From positions 141,360,001 to 141,424,000 of the forward strand of contig OX597815.1 of assembly GCA_951406725.2 (NCBI GenBank): 64,000 bases of DNA, given 5' to 3'. The translations under genes and the position numbers were made by a program. The notes beneath the pieces are model-generated. The model saw nothing but the letters and a program-made list of their open reading frames with translations. It made no database searches and had not been told where the DNA came from. The stretch's first letter is position 1; every line of letters begins with the position of its first letter. Shown piece after piece: positions 15,041 through 27,746 of the stretch. Origin of the DNA: Octopus vulgaris (Eukaryota).

Positions 15041-15090
<50 letters not shown>
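14848..15090. repeat. Compound (TA)n/(CA)n/(CAGA)n microsatellite
   Basis: Direct reading. Confidence 0.9.
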
Positions 15091-15692
15091 CAATCCATAC
15101 ATGTGCACACATGCATTCATACAAATATTATATTCTCATTTTTCAGTGATGAACTACAGGTTTTCTACAGAATAGAGAGCCACCACTATATATTACGACA
15201 TCTCCTTTGCAGATTCATCTATGTAAACAATGTGACCGAAGGTACCATATGCAGAGACGTTTCCGTACATGAATAACTGTAAATTACAATATATAGTTCT
15301 GAGTTCTAAACAAAATATGTTGTTTATCATTAAAACTGAGAATATCGCATTGTTAACACGTTGCGAATATCGCATTGACTAGGAAACAGTTAATAGACTT
15401 GGTAGTATATTATGGTTGCAAAGCGAAATACTGAGTCCTAATAATTAATGTGTGTGTGTGTGTGTGTGTGTAGTCGATTAAGAAATCGAATGTCCTTGGT
15501 ACTGTATTATGTATTAAAAAAAAAAAAATAGATATTGCTTTTCTGATAATTTCTCCAATTTAGTAATTAGATGTTTTTAGGTTTTCAGAAGTTTGGTAGG
15601 AGTTTGTCAGGTTTTCAGGCGGATATTTTACATTTTGTAATTCAATATGGAGAGTTTAATTACAAATATGCAGGAACACGAACACCAATACA

Positions 15693-15694
<2 letters not shown>

Positions 15695-15760
<66 letters not shown>
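15695..15760. repeat. (CA)n microsatellite
   Basis: Direct reading. Confidence 0.95.
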
Positions 15761-15767
<7 letters not shown>

Positions 15768-16245
15768 TCTGTTACACACAAAGACACATATACACACGTG
15801 CACACAAAAATGTCATAAGACCTTACACATACATGCACAAACAGGAAACTGAAACACACATGTACATATTTTAATCCCTTTGTATTCATACATACATACA
15901 CTAAAAAAGGAGGAAATTTGAAGCGTGGTCATTTTGGTATGAAATGGTTATGACGATGAAGGATCGAGTTGAATCCGATGAAAAGACAAATGTACCTGTC
16001 ACCAAGTCTACTTACCAATATGGTTACAAACATACACATTATCGTTCTCATACATATTGTACATACATATACATACACAAATACACACATACTCACACAT
16101 ACATACATATAAACACACACACATAGATAGATAAAAAGATACATTTACACAATTTTGCAGAATATACACATATATGCACATATGTCTGCCTGTCTGTATC
16201 TTTCTAGCAGTCTATATCTATCTATCCATCTGCATATACTAATGT

Positions 16246-16393
16246 AGGTGCAGGCTACATTAAAATGTGGTAAAAGGCTTGCTTCCCAAACACATGGCTT
16301 CATGTTCATGGACAAGTTTCTTCTACTATAGCCTCGGTTCGGACCAAAACCTTGTGAGTGGATTTGGTTGACGGAAACTGAAAGAAGCCCATC

Positions 16394-16394
<1 letters not shown>
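16246..16394 (+). mobile_element. SINE family A, 5' half
   Basis: Matches 21263-21425 (tatagcctcgg...ccttgtgagtggatttggttgacggaaactgaaagaagccc). Confidence 0.8.
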
Positions 16395-16428
<34 letters not shown>

Positions 16429-16429
<1 letters not shown>

Positions 16430-16666
16430 AGGGTTGGCCGATAGTAACCCGACAGTAAATCAAACTTTCATAAATACTTTATATTCCTCTATACATATCC
16501 ATCCCAATTATGAAGGTTTAATAATGAAATGCTGTGAGTTAAAAGAACTGTTTTTGTTTTCAACATTTGTCGGTTTATCAGCAAATTCTCCTAAAAATAA
16601 TTTTATGTTTTAATCTTGGAATTAAATGGCTTGGATTTACTGTCAGGGGACTTTTTCCCAACACTA
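16429..16666. mobile_element. Tc1/mariner-type MITE, about 238 bp
   Basis: Imperfect terminal inverted repeats cagggttggccgatagtaacccgacagtaaatc / gatttactgtcaggggactttttcccaacacta; sits in a TA context; no coding capacity. Confidence 0.7.
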
Positions 16667-16671
16667 TATAT

Positions 16672-17052
16672 GTCGTCGTCGTGGAACGCCGTCGGTTACG
16701 ACGACAAGGGTTCCAGTCGATCCAATGAACGGGACAGCCTGCTTGTGAAGTTAAGGTGTAAGTGGCTGATAGACACATGTACCCTTAACGTAGGTCTCGG
16801 GAAGATTCGAAGTGACACTGTATGACAAGTTTGACTCTTTGAAATAGAGGTACAACAGAAACAGGAAGAAAGAGTGACGGAAACTTGCGGGGAAAGATTA
16901 CAACCGGGTACGCCACCACCCCTTACCGGAGCCTCGTAGAGCTTTTGGTGTTTTCGCTCAAACAACAATTACAACGCCCGGTCTGAGAATCGTAAACTCG
17001 ATTCCATGACCGCGAGTCCGGTGCTCTATACAATGGGTAGTTGCGCCTCCAC
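16672..17052 (-). mobile_element. tRNA-derived SINE (family B head, tail type 2)
   Basis: Minus-strand head ggaggcgcaa...cggactcgcggtc...cagaccgggcgttg...gagcgaaaac is shared with the copy at 11351; different 3' tail ending in (GAC)n. Confidence 0.8.
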
Positions 17053-17056
17053 TCTG

Positions 17057-17089
<33 letters not shown>

Positions 17090-17095
<6 letters not shown>

Positions 17096-17440
17096 AATCC
17101 GTTCTGTCTGTCTGTGTGAGTGTCTTCGGGTATCCTCTATCCGATTGGGATCAAATTTGATATGTAGATATCGACGGTATCAGGGCGTGTATACTATTGA
17201 AAAAATTACAAAAATCGTTTCCAGGTGAGAATGCGATGGATAAAGCCGTGGGAACGTGCATTTGTACGCTCAAGTACATCAGTCGAAATCCGTCTTTTGC
17301 TGGTGTCTCAAATTTAGGTTAAATCAGTATTTCTCAAAGGGGCGGACGATGGGAAGGTCGGACAATATATTTTGAGAAAATTTGGTTTAAATGTTTGATA
17401 TCTCAGCACTGTCCATTGGACGGGGGTGGGGCGCGTTTTG
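17090..17440 (+). mobile_element. Helitron-like 5' portion
   Basis: Begins in (TA)n with tataaaatccgttctgtctgtctgtg...ccgattgggatcaaatttg, the same architecture as the 5' end of the element at 19978-20730; no 3' hairpin or CTAG found. Confidence 0.5.
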
Positions 17441-17443
17441 CTT

Positions 17444-17477
<34 letters not shown>

Positions 17478-17672
17478 TAAATGTAAGAACTCACTGTGCA
17501 CATGGCTGCGTAGCGTTTGATTACGAAGAAATATAAAATACACATTAATTAGCATACAACAATCCGCCAGGAATTGAAATTATGCGTTTGCGATCGTGAG
17601 CCAAATAGTAAAACATTAAGCTACGAGCACGCACTGTTTATATATGTTTACGTTGAAGCACATACGCATTAG

Positions 17673-17837
<165 letters not shown>

Positions 17838-18310
17838 CTATGCACACACATTAATATATATCTAAGCTGTTATTTACATTTATTTAAAGATTTTATGTTG
17901 AAATGTTGGTATATTTAATATTCCTTATTCACTATGTTTCGGAGGTGGTCAGACTCTTTTTGCCATCGGTCCTGTATCATTCCCTTAACGTTCCAGTTAG
18001 GAAAATATTTAATTCATTAGATATGTTGCGCTAAAAAATGTTACAGTTTCTTCCCTGGATATTATGTAAATACTCATTGGTATGCCCATTATGCATTTTA
18101 TGAAACACATTATATGCCTGCATCGTTTTCTTAGTACCGAGCTGCATTTTATATGTAATGTAGGCACTTTACTGTAACTGTATATACATTACTGTATACA
18201 AACTTTCAATACCAAATAGAAAATTGACTTTGGTTAAGATAAACTGAAATATAGAGTGAAGTATACGTAGAATGATGGTCTGCCTGTATTCTCTTATACG
18301 CAAACATTTA

Positions 18311-18313
<3 letters not shown>

Positions 18314-18402
<89 letters not shown>
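18314..18402. repeat. (TA)n microsatellite
   Basis: Direct reading. Confidence 0.95.
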
Positions 18403-18407
<5 letters not shown>

Positions 18408-19052
18408 CAACATGCTGACGTCTGATAAATATTTATATGCATACTTGGTCTTCACGACAGTTATATGTTGACTTACTAATTTCAATGTTGTTTTTCTTTA
18501 CTTAATTATTTTACTGGTTTAGATATTTTGGTCACCAATTTCATTTATCTTTCTTAAATATATCGTCCTAAAATATATTTTCTCGATGTCAGTCGATTAG
18601 ATTTTTTGAAAATTAATTACTGCACTTTATAGAGAAAATTACACTTTAGCAGTGAAATGCACGAGATATTTATGGTCGAGTATAGCGGTATAAACAAAAG
18701 TAAATATAGCAAAACAGACATAGAAATGTCTATTTACACAGAGGCCTCAAGGCATGAACACGGAGTTCTGCAATACAGACACTCACGTTCACACGAATTT
18801 CCAAATGCATGCAGACAGCCATGACAGGCAAACACACTCATCGAATCCATACGGGGCAAACGCTTATGGAATCAAGAACAAGCAAGCCTACACGAAAATA
18901 TATTGCACATATTGCGGATGCAAATACATGCACAGAAACGCACGCATAGACTTCCTGTGTGCATGATTTTTACGCATGCGCCCATCATGCTTGTGAGAAC
19001 ATGTGTGTGTGTGTTCACAAAAGTGTGCCTCCGGCTAATGGCTTATGGATAC

Positions 19053-19184
19053 ATCTTCTTCTTCTTCTTCTCATTCGCCTTCTTCTTATTATTATTATTC
19101 GTCTTCTTCTTCTTCTTCTTCTTCTTCTTCTTCTTCTTCTTCGTCTTCTTCTTCATATTCTTCTTCATCTTATTATTATTTTTA

Positions 19185-19250
<66 letters not shown>

Positions 19251-19260
19251 GTTCTTCTTC
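19053..19260. repeat. (TTC)n/(TTA)n trinucleotide microsatellite
   Basis: Direct reading; source of the poly-F/L/I/S/Y ORFs. Confidence 0.95.
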
Positions 19261-19649
19261 TCCTTATTCTTTACTATCTGTGCATCGTTTCTTTGTATCG
19301 TCGCTGTTATCATCATTGTTCATTCATCGATTCAGTGACTTTCAATACTATATTGTACTAGTGTTATTATCAGTTGTTGTAGGTCACATTTAACCGGAAT
19401 TCTTTCGCCATCGAAACGTTGATTGAAGTGGCATTTAGTGCCGTCTGATTTTCTTTTAAAAGCAGCTGCACGCTGTAAAAATTCCAGATAATGACGGCAA
19501 TATGAGAATGTGCACTTTGAAATTACATATATATTGCTATGCTTTCATGCAATATATTTAATATATTTGGCTGTACACACAGGCATATATATAAATTTAT
19601 ATAAATAAAGATAAGATCGTTGTTTAAAATACCGATCATATGAGGTGGC

Positions 19650-19925
19650 CAGCATGGGAATCATATAAGGTGGCCATATGGGGATACGAAGCTTATAGGT
19701 AATAATTATTAAAATTATAATTAATGATATCTAAGATGTACCAAGATGCTAGATATGGCTGCCAAAACTTGATCTAAAACCACATTAAATGTTCATACAG
19801 CACTTGGAGAGAAGACAAAGAGACAAAATAAACTAGCAAAAAATATTATTGGATAATTCCAGATCCAGGATTTCTGGCTCTGCATAGGAAAGAAGTGCTT
19901 TGCCTTCATCAGTGGAATATATACG
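19650..19925 (-). mobile_element. HHR-bearing non-coding repeat (family H1), copy 1
   Basis: Inverted homology to 21730-21910 and direct homology to 20865-21020. Confidence 0.75.
19856..19918 (-). ncRNA. Type I hammerhead ribozyme motif
   Basis: Minus strand reads attcca-CTGATGA-a-ggc...gcc-a-GAAA-tcctgga-TC-tggaat. Perfect 6-bp stem I, palindromic stem III, AUC cleavage triplet; A.A at the stem II base is atypical. Confidence 0.75.
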
Positions 19926-19977
19926 AATAGTAAATGAGTACATATATATAAAAACATGCACTATATATATATATATA

Positions 19978-20730
19978 CTAACAGCATAGCCCGGCGTTGC
20001 CCGGGTTTGTAAGAGCCCCTAGTAGGCGACGAATAATCCCAATCTAGTCCTTTCCCTCTAGGGAATGAAGGCGCATGTGTAGGTTGCAATGTCTTCTCTT
20101 CACTCCCAAATAACTATCAAACAGCTATCGATAATTCAACCCAACCAATTCCTACCAGGAAGAAATTACATTCGAGACTTTACCCCCAACACCGCCACTT
20201 CTGCTAATAGCTGCTGCAGCCGCAAGTTATTCGAATACTTTTTTGTTTACACTTTCTTTATAACTACCACACCAAACGTTTTACCTTAAATATTTGACGT
20301 ACCCTCGGACGCTACTTGCAAACTCTTGGTTTATTATAAACCGCTTTTGTCGTGTGCATCAAAAAACCTTTTCCATTCGTTTGTTCAGTTTGGTCACTTT
20401 TGACTTTTTCGTTGTTGTCACTCACATTGCTGCCCGCTTTTTTGCCGTTTTTGTACATTTTCATACATTTTGGGATACTTACCCCACGTGTTCCGAGAGT
20501 TAAAAAGGTCGAGTGGCGTCCCCTAGACAGTCTGTAGAAAATGTGCTGCATATTTTTTCAGAACTGGGGGAGCTTTTCAAAACTTTTGCTGCGTTAGATT
20601 TGAATTATGACATTGGGCTATGTGTGTGTCAAGTTTCATCAGAGTCAGTTGAAAGCCGTGGTCAGGGTGAGGGTACAACCTGACAGACACACAGACACAC
20701 AGGCAGACAAACTGCCGTTTATATATATAT
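19978..20730 (-). mobile_element. Non-autonomous Helitron, about 750 bp
   Basis: Minus strand starts (TA)n-taaacggcagtttgtctgcctgtgtg and ends with the GC hairpin cccgggcaacgccggg followed by ctatgctgTTAG-t (CTRR-like end); inserted in (TA)n; no target-site duplication. Confidence 0.75.
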
Positions 20731-20767
20731 ATATATATACCAATACTAACATATACGCACATAGAGA

Positions 20768-21155
20768 CATATATATGCACGTATGCACACGACCGGTTTA
20801 AATTGCTCGCTTAAACTCCTCGTGCAATATGGTCAGAATACCACCGATATGGTCAAAATAACACAGCATGGGAATAAAACCCTTATAGGTAATAATTATT
20901 ATTAAAATTATAATTAAAAGTATCTAAGGAATACCACCATGCTAGATGTAGCATCAACAACTTAGATCTAAAACCACATTAAATATTCATACAGCACAAG
21001 GAGAGAAAACAAAGATACATGCTACCCAACGATTTTATCCTTATTGATATAAATTTATATATTTAGTTTGTCATTATATTCATTGCGGTGGTATTTTGAC
21101 CATATCGCACGGGGAGTTTAGGCGGGCAGTTTAAACTGGTTGTGTGCATACGTAC
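20768..21155. repeat. Fold-back made of family H1 fragments
   Basis: 20768-20846 is the inverted copy of 21085-21155; 20865-21020 repeats 19650-19825. Confidence 0.8.
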
Positions 21156-21204
21156 AAAAATATGTGTGTATACGTGCGTTATATGTAAGTATTTGTATGT
21201 TGTA

Positions 21205-21262
<58 letters not shown>

Positions 21263-21264
<2 letters not shown>

Positions 21265-21670
21265 CGCAGGAGTGGCTGTGTGGTAGGTAGCTTGCTAACC
21301 AACCACATGGTTCCGGGTTCAGTCCCACTGCGTGGCATCTTGGGCAGGTGTCTGCTGCTATAGCCTCGGGCCGACCAATGCCTTGTGAGTTGATTTGGTA
21401 GAAGGAAACTGAAAGAAGCCTGTCGTACATATGTATATATATATATGTGTGTGTGTATATGTTTGTGTGTCTGTGTTTGTTCCCCTAGCATTGCTTGACA
21501 ACCGATGCTGGTGTGTTTACGTCCCCGTCACTTAGCGGTTCGGCAAAAGAGACCGATAGAATAAGTACTGGGCTTACAAATAATAAGTCCCGGGGTCGAT
21601 TTGCTCGACTAAAGGCGGTGCTCCAGCATGGCCGCAGTCAAATGACTGAAACAAGTAAAAGAGTAAAAGA

Positions 21671-21673
<3 letters not shown>
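21263..21673 (+). mobile_element. Full-length tRNA-derived SINE family A (octopus-type), about 410 bp
   Basis: ggcgcaggagtggctgtgtggta (A box), ggttcagtccc (B box), internal TA/TG microsatellite, 3' (gtaaaaga)n tail; flanked by (TA)n; several homologues in the window. Confidence 0.9.
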
Positions 21674-21723
<50 letters not shown>

Positions 21724-21729
21724 TGTATA

Positions 21730-21910
21730 TGCGTATATTCTACTGATGAAGGCAAAGTATTTCTTTTGTAGCGCCAGAAATTCGGAATCTGGAATTACCC
21801 AATATTTTTTTGCTAGTTTACTTTGTCACTTTGTCTTCTTTCCTTGTTTTAGAGTCAAGTTTTGAGTGCTATATGAAGCATGCTGGTACGTCTTAGATAC
21901 CTTTAATTAT
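21730..21910 (+). mobile_element. HHR-bearing non-coding repeat (family H1), inverted copy
   Basis: Reverse-complement similarity to 19715-19925. Confidence 0.75.
21737..21795 (+). ncRNA. Type I hammerhead ribozyme motif
   Basis: attcta-CTGATGA-a-ggc...gcc-a-GAAA-ttcggaa-TC-tggaat; predicted cleavage after C21789. Confidence 0.75.
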
Positions 21911-21989
21911 ATATATATACATATGTGTATGTATATATTCATATGTATGCATGCATAACTAATTTGTCTTGCAAGACTCTAACATACCT

Positions 21990-22290
21990 GGTGTGTAACC
22001 GTGTGTTGAAACAGATATTGTTATATTTCGGGATTCTTCTCTTTTCCTTTTTTGGTGGGTGGGTGGGAAAGCAAATAATAACATGCACTATACGTTTGTT
22101 CTTCACTCATTTATTGCTGTTCTTATTTCATCTTATATCCATTGTCCGTAAATCTTTCGTCACACATCTGTTACATCTTCAACGACCCATTTTGTCCTCC
22201 CGCTTCGCTTAATCCATCCTCTGTGTGACGAACCATTTGAGAACAATGGACATAAGACAGAATAAGAATAGTAATAAACGAGTGAAGAAC
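21990..22290. repeat. Fold-back repeat (family H3), copy 1
   Basis: Arms 22098-22166 and 22222-22290 are inverted copies; homologous to 49291-49760; degenerate HHR-like motif on the minus strand at 22143-22187. Confidence 0.8.
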
Positions 22291-23589
22291 CAATATATAA
22301 TCATTAATTAGGAGAAAATCTTAATGATATGCCTTAAATATACTTCTATATTTTTAGAAATTGATTAAATATATCAAAATACATTAGATGATGTTAATCA
22401 AAATGTAATTTCGGAAACAATGACATTTGTTATGTATAGTTGTTTTAGTCGATATTGCAGTAGCTACTTCAAAAACATAATGAAGTTTTTGATGAAAGGA
22501 CTTATCTCGGGAAAGAGGAGACATCATTTTTTAATTGTTGCTGCTTCCATCAACATTTCATCAAATATTTGAGATAAATATCAACAATGGTAGATTTAAT
22601 GCTTTACAAACTATCTCTTACAAGTTGAAATAGTGTAACGAACGAAAATACGCAAACAGAATATGATTGAAAGTATGTATTAGGAATAGCCGATAGGAAA
22701 CTAAATGTGTATGTACATCCATATTGACAATCAACATTACTATTGCTTTGTACTCTGCTACATTTATTAAGAAATCGATGCTTCAGTATTTCGTATGTGT
22801 ATAATTTAATTGAAAATATGTCAGTAGAATATATATAAGTACATATAGTACGTGGCAAACAGATACGAATTACAGCGATGCAAATTATGTTATTTAATAC
22901 AAGCTGCAGAAGAGGAACAATTGCAACTCCGTGTTTCACTAGTTTTACATATCATACGTCTGAGTAATATAATACAACTGAACTCTTCAGGTTATTTGGT
23001 GTACATTGACACACTACATCAAAAATTATACAGATAGTACATGATTGTTTATTGACAACTTCTCGTCTTACGCGATAAAGTGTAGAGTAATCAAAGACTT
23101 CCCTTACATGGAAAAAGTTGACCGATGTCTGCGATAAACCAAAACATTTACTTGGCAAGTGAAGAAGAGAGACATTAGGAAGTTCTCCAAGTAGTTACAT
23201 TAAGGTTCTATCTGAGTATATAGGTTATGTGGCTGTGCATATCAGTAAAAGCATGAGCATCTCAATGTGTATCAGTATATCAAATATAAGGCGCAAAGAG
23301 GTTCCCGATTGTTACAATGATAAATAACCCTGCCGGCACCATGGAAGTCCAGTCTAGAAATGGACTATTGATGTGGCGACAGGTAACAGCAAACGTTATG
23401 TTACTATTCAATATATTCACTTAGAAAAGTGTTTGTTAATGGCCGGTCAGAGAATGACAATTGATTCCGCGCCTATTAAGCTCTTAACGGTACAGGCAAC
23501 TCGACAGAGTTGTTGGTCGGGGCACATAACTTCTCTACAAATGGTGGTATGAAAACACATTGTTCGGTCTGGGTTGTAAAGAAATAATC

Positions 23590-23660
23590 CCTAAACGAAA
23601 TTCTGCTGTACGCTAAGCATTTCGCCCGGCGTGCTAATGTTTCTGCCAGCTCGTCGCCAT
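23590..23660 (-). mobile_element. SINE family C, head fragment
   Basis: gctaagcatttcgcccggcgtgctaatgtttctgccagctcgtcgcc matches 44160-44212. Confidence 0.7.
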
Positions 23661-25125
23661 ATAGACTTTCCTAAATTACCGAAGAAAGTGGTATCGTCAA
23701 CAGTTAGAATTAGCTCTCTATAAGATATTTAATGGCACTTTCTTTGGGACAAGTTACGCGGTGTCCTTACTCATCTGATAACATAGAATATTTAATTCCT
23801 ACTCATAAATTAACAGAGATTACCTTTAGTTATATATTTGTGTTTTTAACTGTTTGCCATTCATTGAATTAATATATTATTACGCTGATCGAAAATATAG
23901 TATGAATGTTTCCACTGTCATACAGTTTCTCACCTTTCACATGTTTCAATTTGTATCACTACTTCATATTCATATCGTTTTCAAATATACATACGCCCAG
24001 GAGTACATATAAACACGCACTACCACACACAAACACACACACTCACAAAAATACCCCCCTCCGCAAACATACATACACACATATCTAATTATATACACGC
24101 ATCTATCTATCTATTTATCTATCTATCTCTATGTGTGTGTATGTATGTGTGTGTGTATGTTTGTGAATATGTAGGTGTATATACGTGTGCTAATGTGTGT
24201 AATTTTTTCCCTATGTATCACTACATATTTCAAAGTTCGAAGGGATTAGAGTGTCCCACAGAGTTTATAGATAAACGCGCCAAAATCTTTCATTCCTCCA
24301 TTTTATAAAACAGTTTTCTTTCGATGTTCTTCTTTCCTCCATTAAAACTATCTCATATATATTGTATTTTAGTAGAGTGCTCACTGACATTTCTTTTGGA
24401 TTTCGAAATTTAGTATACGTCCTTCTTCAGGCCCTCGTACTTTTAATTATTCAAATTTAGTACTGTCATCTTTATGCGCATTTCTACAGCCATTATATTA
24501 GCTTTCGTTTTCACATTTACACTTCCATATATAAATCCGGATATATACATATGTATATGAATGCATTTATGTACACGTATGTACTACGAATAAACAATTG
24601 TAAAGAGCTTCCAACTTTAGCCTAAACTAGCGTGGTTAGAACATTTTATGAAACCTTCATGTGAAATTTATTATTGTATTTGTAGGTAACTCCCCTTTCA
24701 AATATTTCAATTAAGATGTATATTTTCATTGTAGGATGCATGTTATATTAGGAAATAATCTTTTAGCTGAGTTTATTACATAAGAAAAATTTACAACTTT
24801 ATTTCAGAACGTGCCACATAGGACAGCTTAAAGAATGTGAAACGTTTTCAATACTTTAGTATTGGCCTTAAGTTAAAATTACAACGTAGTAGGCATGATT
24901 AGAGAAGCTTCCTTGCAATAGCAGGGAATCGGACAAATATTCGATATTATAGAAATCTTCCACCGTTTCGCTGTCATCATATAACGAAATATGAAATTTG
25001 GCACTAAGAAAATTGTAGTTATTTCATTCAATAATTATTTACGTTTGACTATTGTTCTTCTTAGTGTCAACTAACAATAGCACAGAAGCTAACACAAGAA
25101 AGATAACAATATCTGTTCAACATTT

Positions 25126-25338
25126 AAGGCATCAAGTTGGCAGAACCGTTAGTAAGTCGGTAAAATGCCATCTGCCTTTCGTTCCCCTTCATGTTTTGAG
25201 TTTAAATTCCGCCGAGATCGAGTTTGCTTTCGTCTTTCGGGTTGATAAAATAATCATCATCAGGGTACTAGGGTGGATGGAATCGACATAGCAGTTCTTC
25301 CGAAGTTGCTGGCCTTCTGCCAAAATTTGAAGCCAATA
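25126..25338 (+). mobile_element. SINE family C, diverged full-length copy
   Basis: aaggc..agttggcagaaccgttag...aaattccgccgagatcgagtttgctttc...gggttgataaaataa, homologous to the reverse complement of 44035-44212. Confidence 0.75.
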
Positions 25339-27439
25339 TCTATTCAAATTTTTTCCTATATAACTCGAAAGTTCCAATAGTAATATGTTTTTGGCTGGAA
25401 TCATTTAGTGACATTAGATATTTTAGCAGGAATCACAGTATGCATAACACTAAGGTCATTTATGATGAAAATCACGTAGAGTGTTGAGGGTCAAAGTAAT
25501 CCCAAATGCTAGAAGTCCAATCAAAATTGTTAAAGATAAGGATTTTAAATAACAAACTTAAAATGTACACACATAATGTTATTCCCAGAACAATTCTACA
25601 TTTCTCAAGAATTATTACACAAAACCAGAATGCAGTAAATTTACTCACTTAACTATGTAAATGGTAGGTGGTATTATAAACCAAACCTTGCTTTTTAAAA
25701 GTAATTTCGTTGCGCAGTTTGTGCATGTTTCTGCTTGTGAAATCAATGCATGCTTAATTTGTCAAAAATTCAATTGTTTGTTTTCACTTTTAATCACTCT
25801 CCGAATAGAATTTCAACATATTAGATATGCCCTACAGCGTCGAATAGAATTTGATTTTGAATTATCATAATAGTAATATTCTTCATGTTTAAGAAACTTG
25901 AATTTTATTGAATATCAATGTACGACTACTGACTTTACCAATTATCTCTAGAAAGTTACAACTAGATCCAGAATGCGAGGCAATGCATTTCTGAGAACAT
26001 CATATAGAAAACACATATTTGGTCACCCCCACTGTGTCATGTGAAATAATGAATTCCATATATTTTTAATATCATTTCTGTCAAATATAATTTTGTTTAG
26101 AATACACGAGTCTTAATAAAAGGGCTTTAAAATAATGTTATATCCAATTATCACATGCGTATTACAAACAGGAAATACATGTATACTTACAGAAAATCAC
26201 ACTTAAAAAGATTTATCTGTGTGTATGTATGTGTGTGTGTGTGTGTGTGTGTGTAATCACAACGGTCGTGATACAGTGTGAGCTAAAATCAGGCTAGACA
26301 TGCTTTATAGCATATCGGGAAGAAACAAATTCCTGTTTACACATAATCCCACTAAAGCAGAAATGTTAAAATATGCATATTACATATTATATTGTTTAAT
26401 TTAGCCAGTATCATATCAGGAAAATTAAAAGAATATGTTTGAGAATATATAAAAGTGGATCATGACTGGGGCGAAAAGGACTAGAAACCAAAAGGGGCCA
26501 AAAGGACTAGAAACTTATATAGTGTTATATAATATATAGTGTTATATAAAGTGTTATATAATGCAGGAGCATCATTTCTTCTCTCCTCACATAATATTGT
26601 ACAAACAAATTCTTTACATTCATCATAACACGCAACATTTGCAAAATTTACGTTCCTGTACGTGCCCCCATAGTTTCTCTTTGCTCAGTACTGTGACAGA
26701 TATTATTTAACATCAAAAAGCCCAAAATACTATGTTACATACTATTGCAGCACCACATTCACAGCAGATACAGAAGGCATTGCTTAAGAAGAACAATAAT
26801 ACACAAGATTAATCAGAGAATTCAGTTACAATTGAGAAACAGTAGGTAATGACAGCAATGATATACAAACAATGCAAGCAATATACTGAGGTACAAATGC
26901 ACAAAAGGCATTCACAGAGAATAGCTGTAATATCAATAGATTCAATAGGTTAAAATAGTGCATCGATGCACACTTCCAGCAAAAATTGACGTAGAACAGC
27001 AAGTGTCACGGTGTAACCAAATTTCTGTTGCCGTCTAACACAGTGTACATTATAAGAATCAATGTGTGAAAGAAATGGAAAGAAGAGTACACAGTGAATT
27101 TACAAACCATCCTCGCTTGTCAAGATGTACATCGAAACCGGCGTAATGTATAACTTAGAGATACATCTGCGTATCGAGCCTTGATTTTCGGCTGACTACA
27201 TGCTATAGAATTGCTACAGACTTAGGTGTGAACAAGGCATTACACAAACAACAAAAATAACAACTGCAAAATAGGACACACTTGATAATACAGACTTGTT
27301 TAGTCATCAACAGTCATCAATAAGAGACAGAATGTTTTTGTTCATAGGCAAGCTAGATACAAGATTCTCAACCGCATTCGGCGTGTGACCGCTCACTAAA
27401 GATTAACGATAATACCAACAAAACGCTTTACTTCATAAG

Positions 27440-27746
27440 CAATGTTTACATATAAATTTCACTAATTTTAAATTCCAGAGTTCCTTCATTTGTTTTTCTT
27501 GCTTTTTTCTGCTTTTTCCATGGATATGATTAAGTATTTCACTTATATCTCACGTATTTATCGCTGAAGAGGGGAAAATTCTTATAAATTAACTCCGAAA
27601 TTGGGACCAATACGGTAATAACGGATTTTTTAGAAATTTCTACCGGTTTGTATCGGGACGCATAAATTATAATGGTTATTGACAATTTTTGTCTTTTTTC
27701 GGCATATTTGGCATTAGAATTTTTCTTTTGCCCTTACTTTGTAAAT

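Noticed and set aside
24380-24435. CTGAAGA...GAAA on the minus strand
   Set aside because: Stems I to III do not pair.
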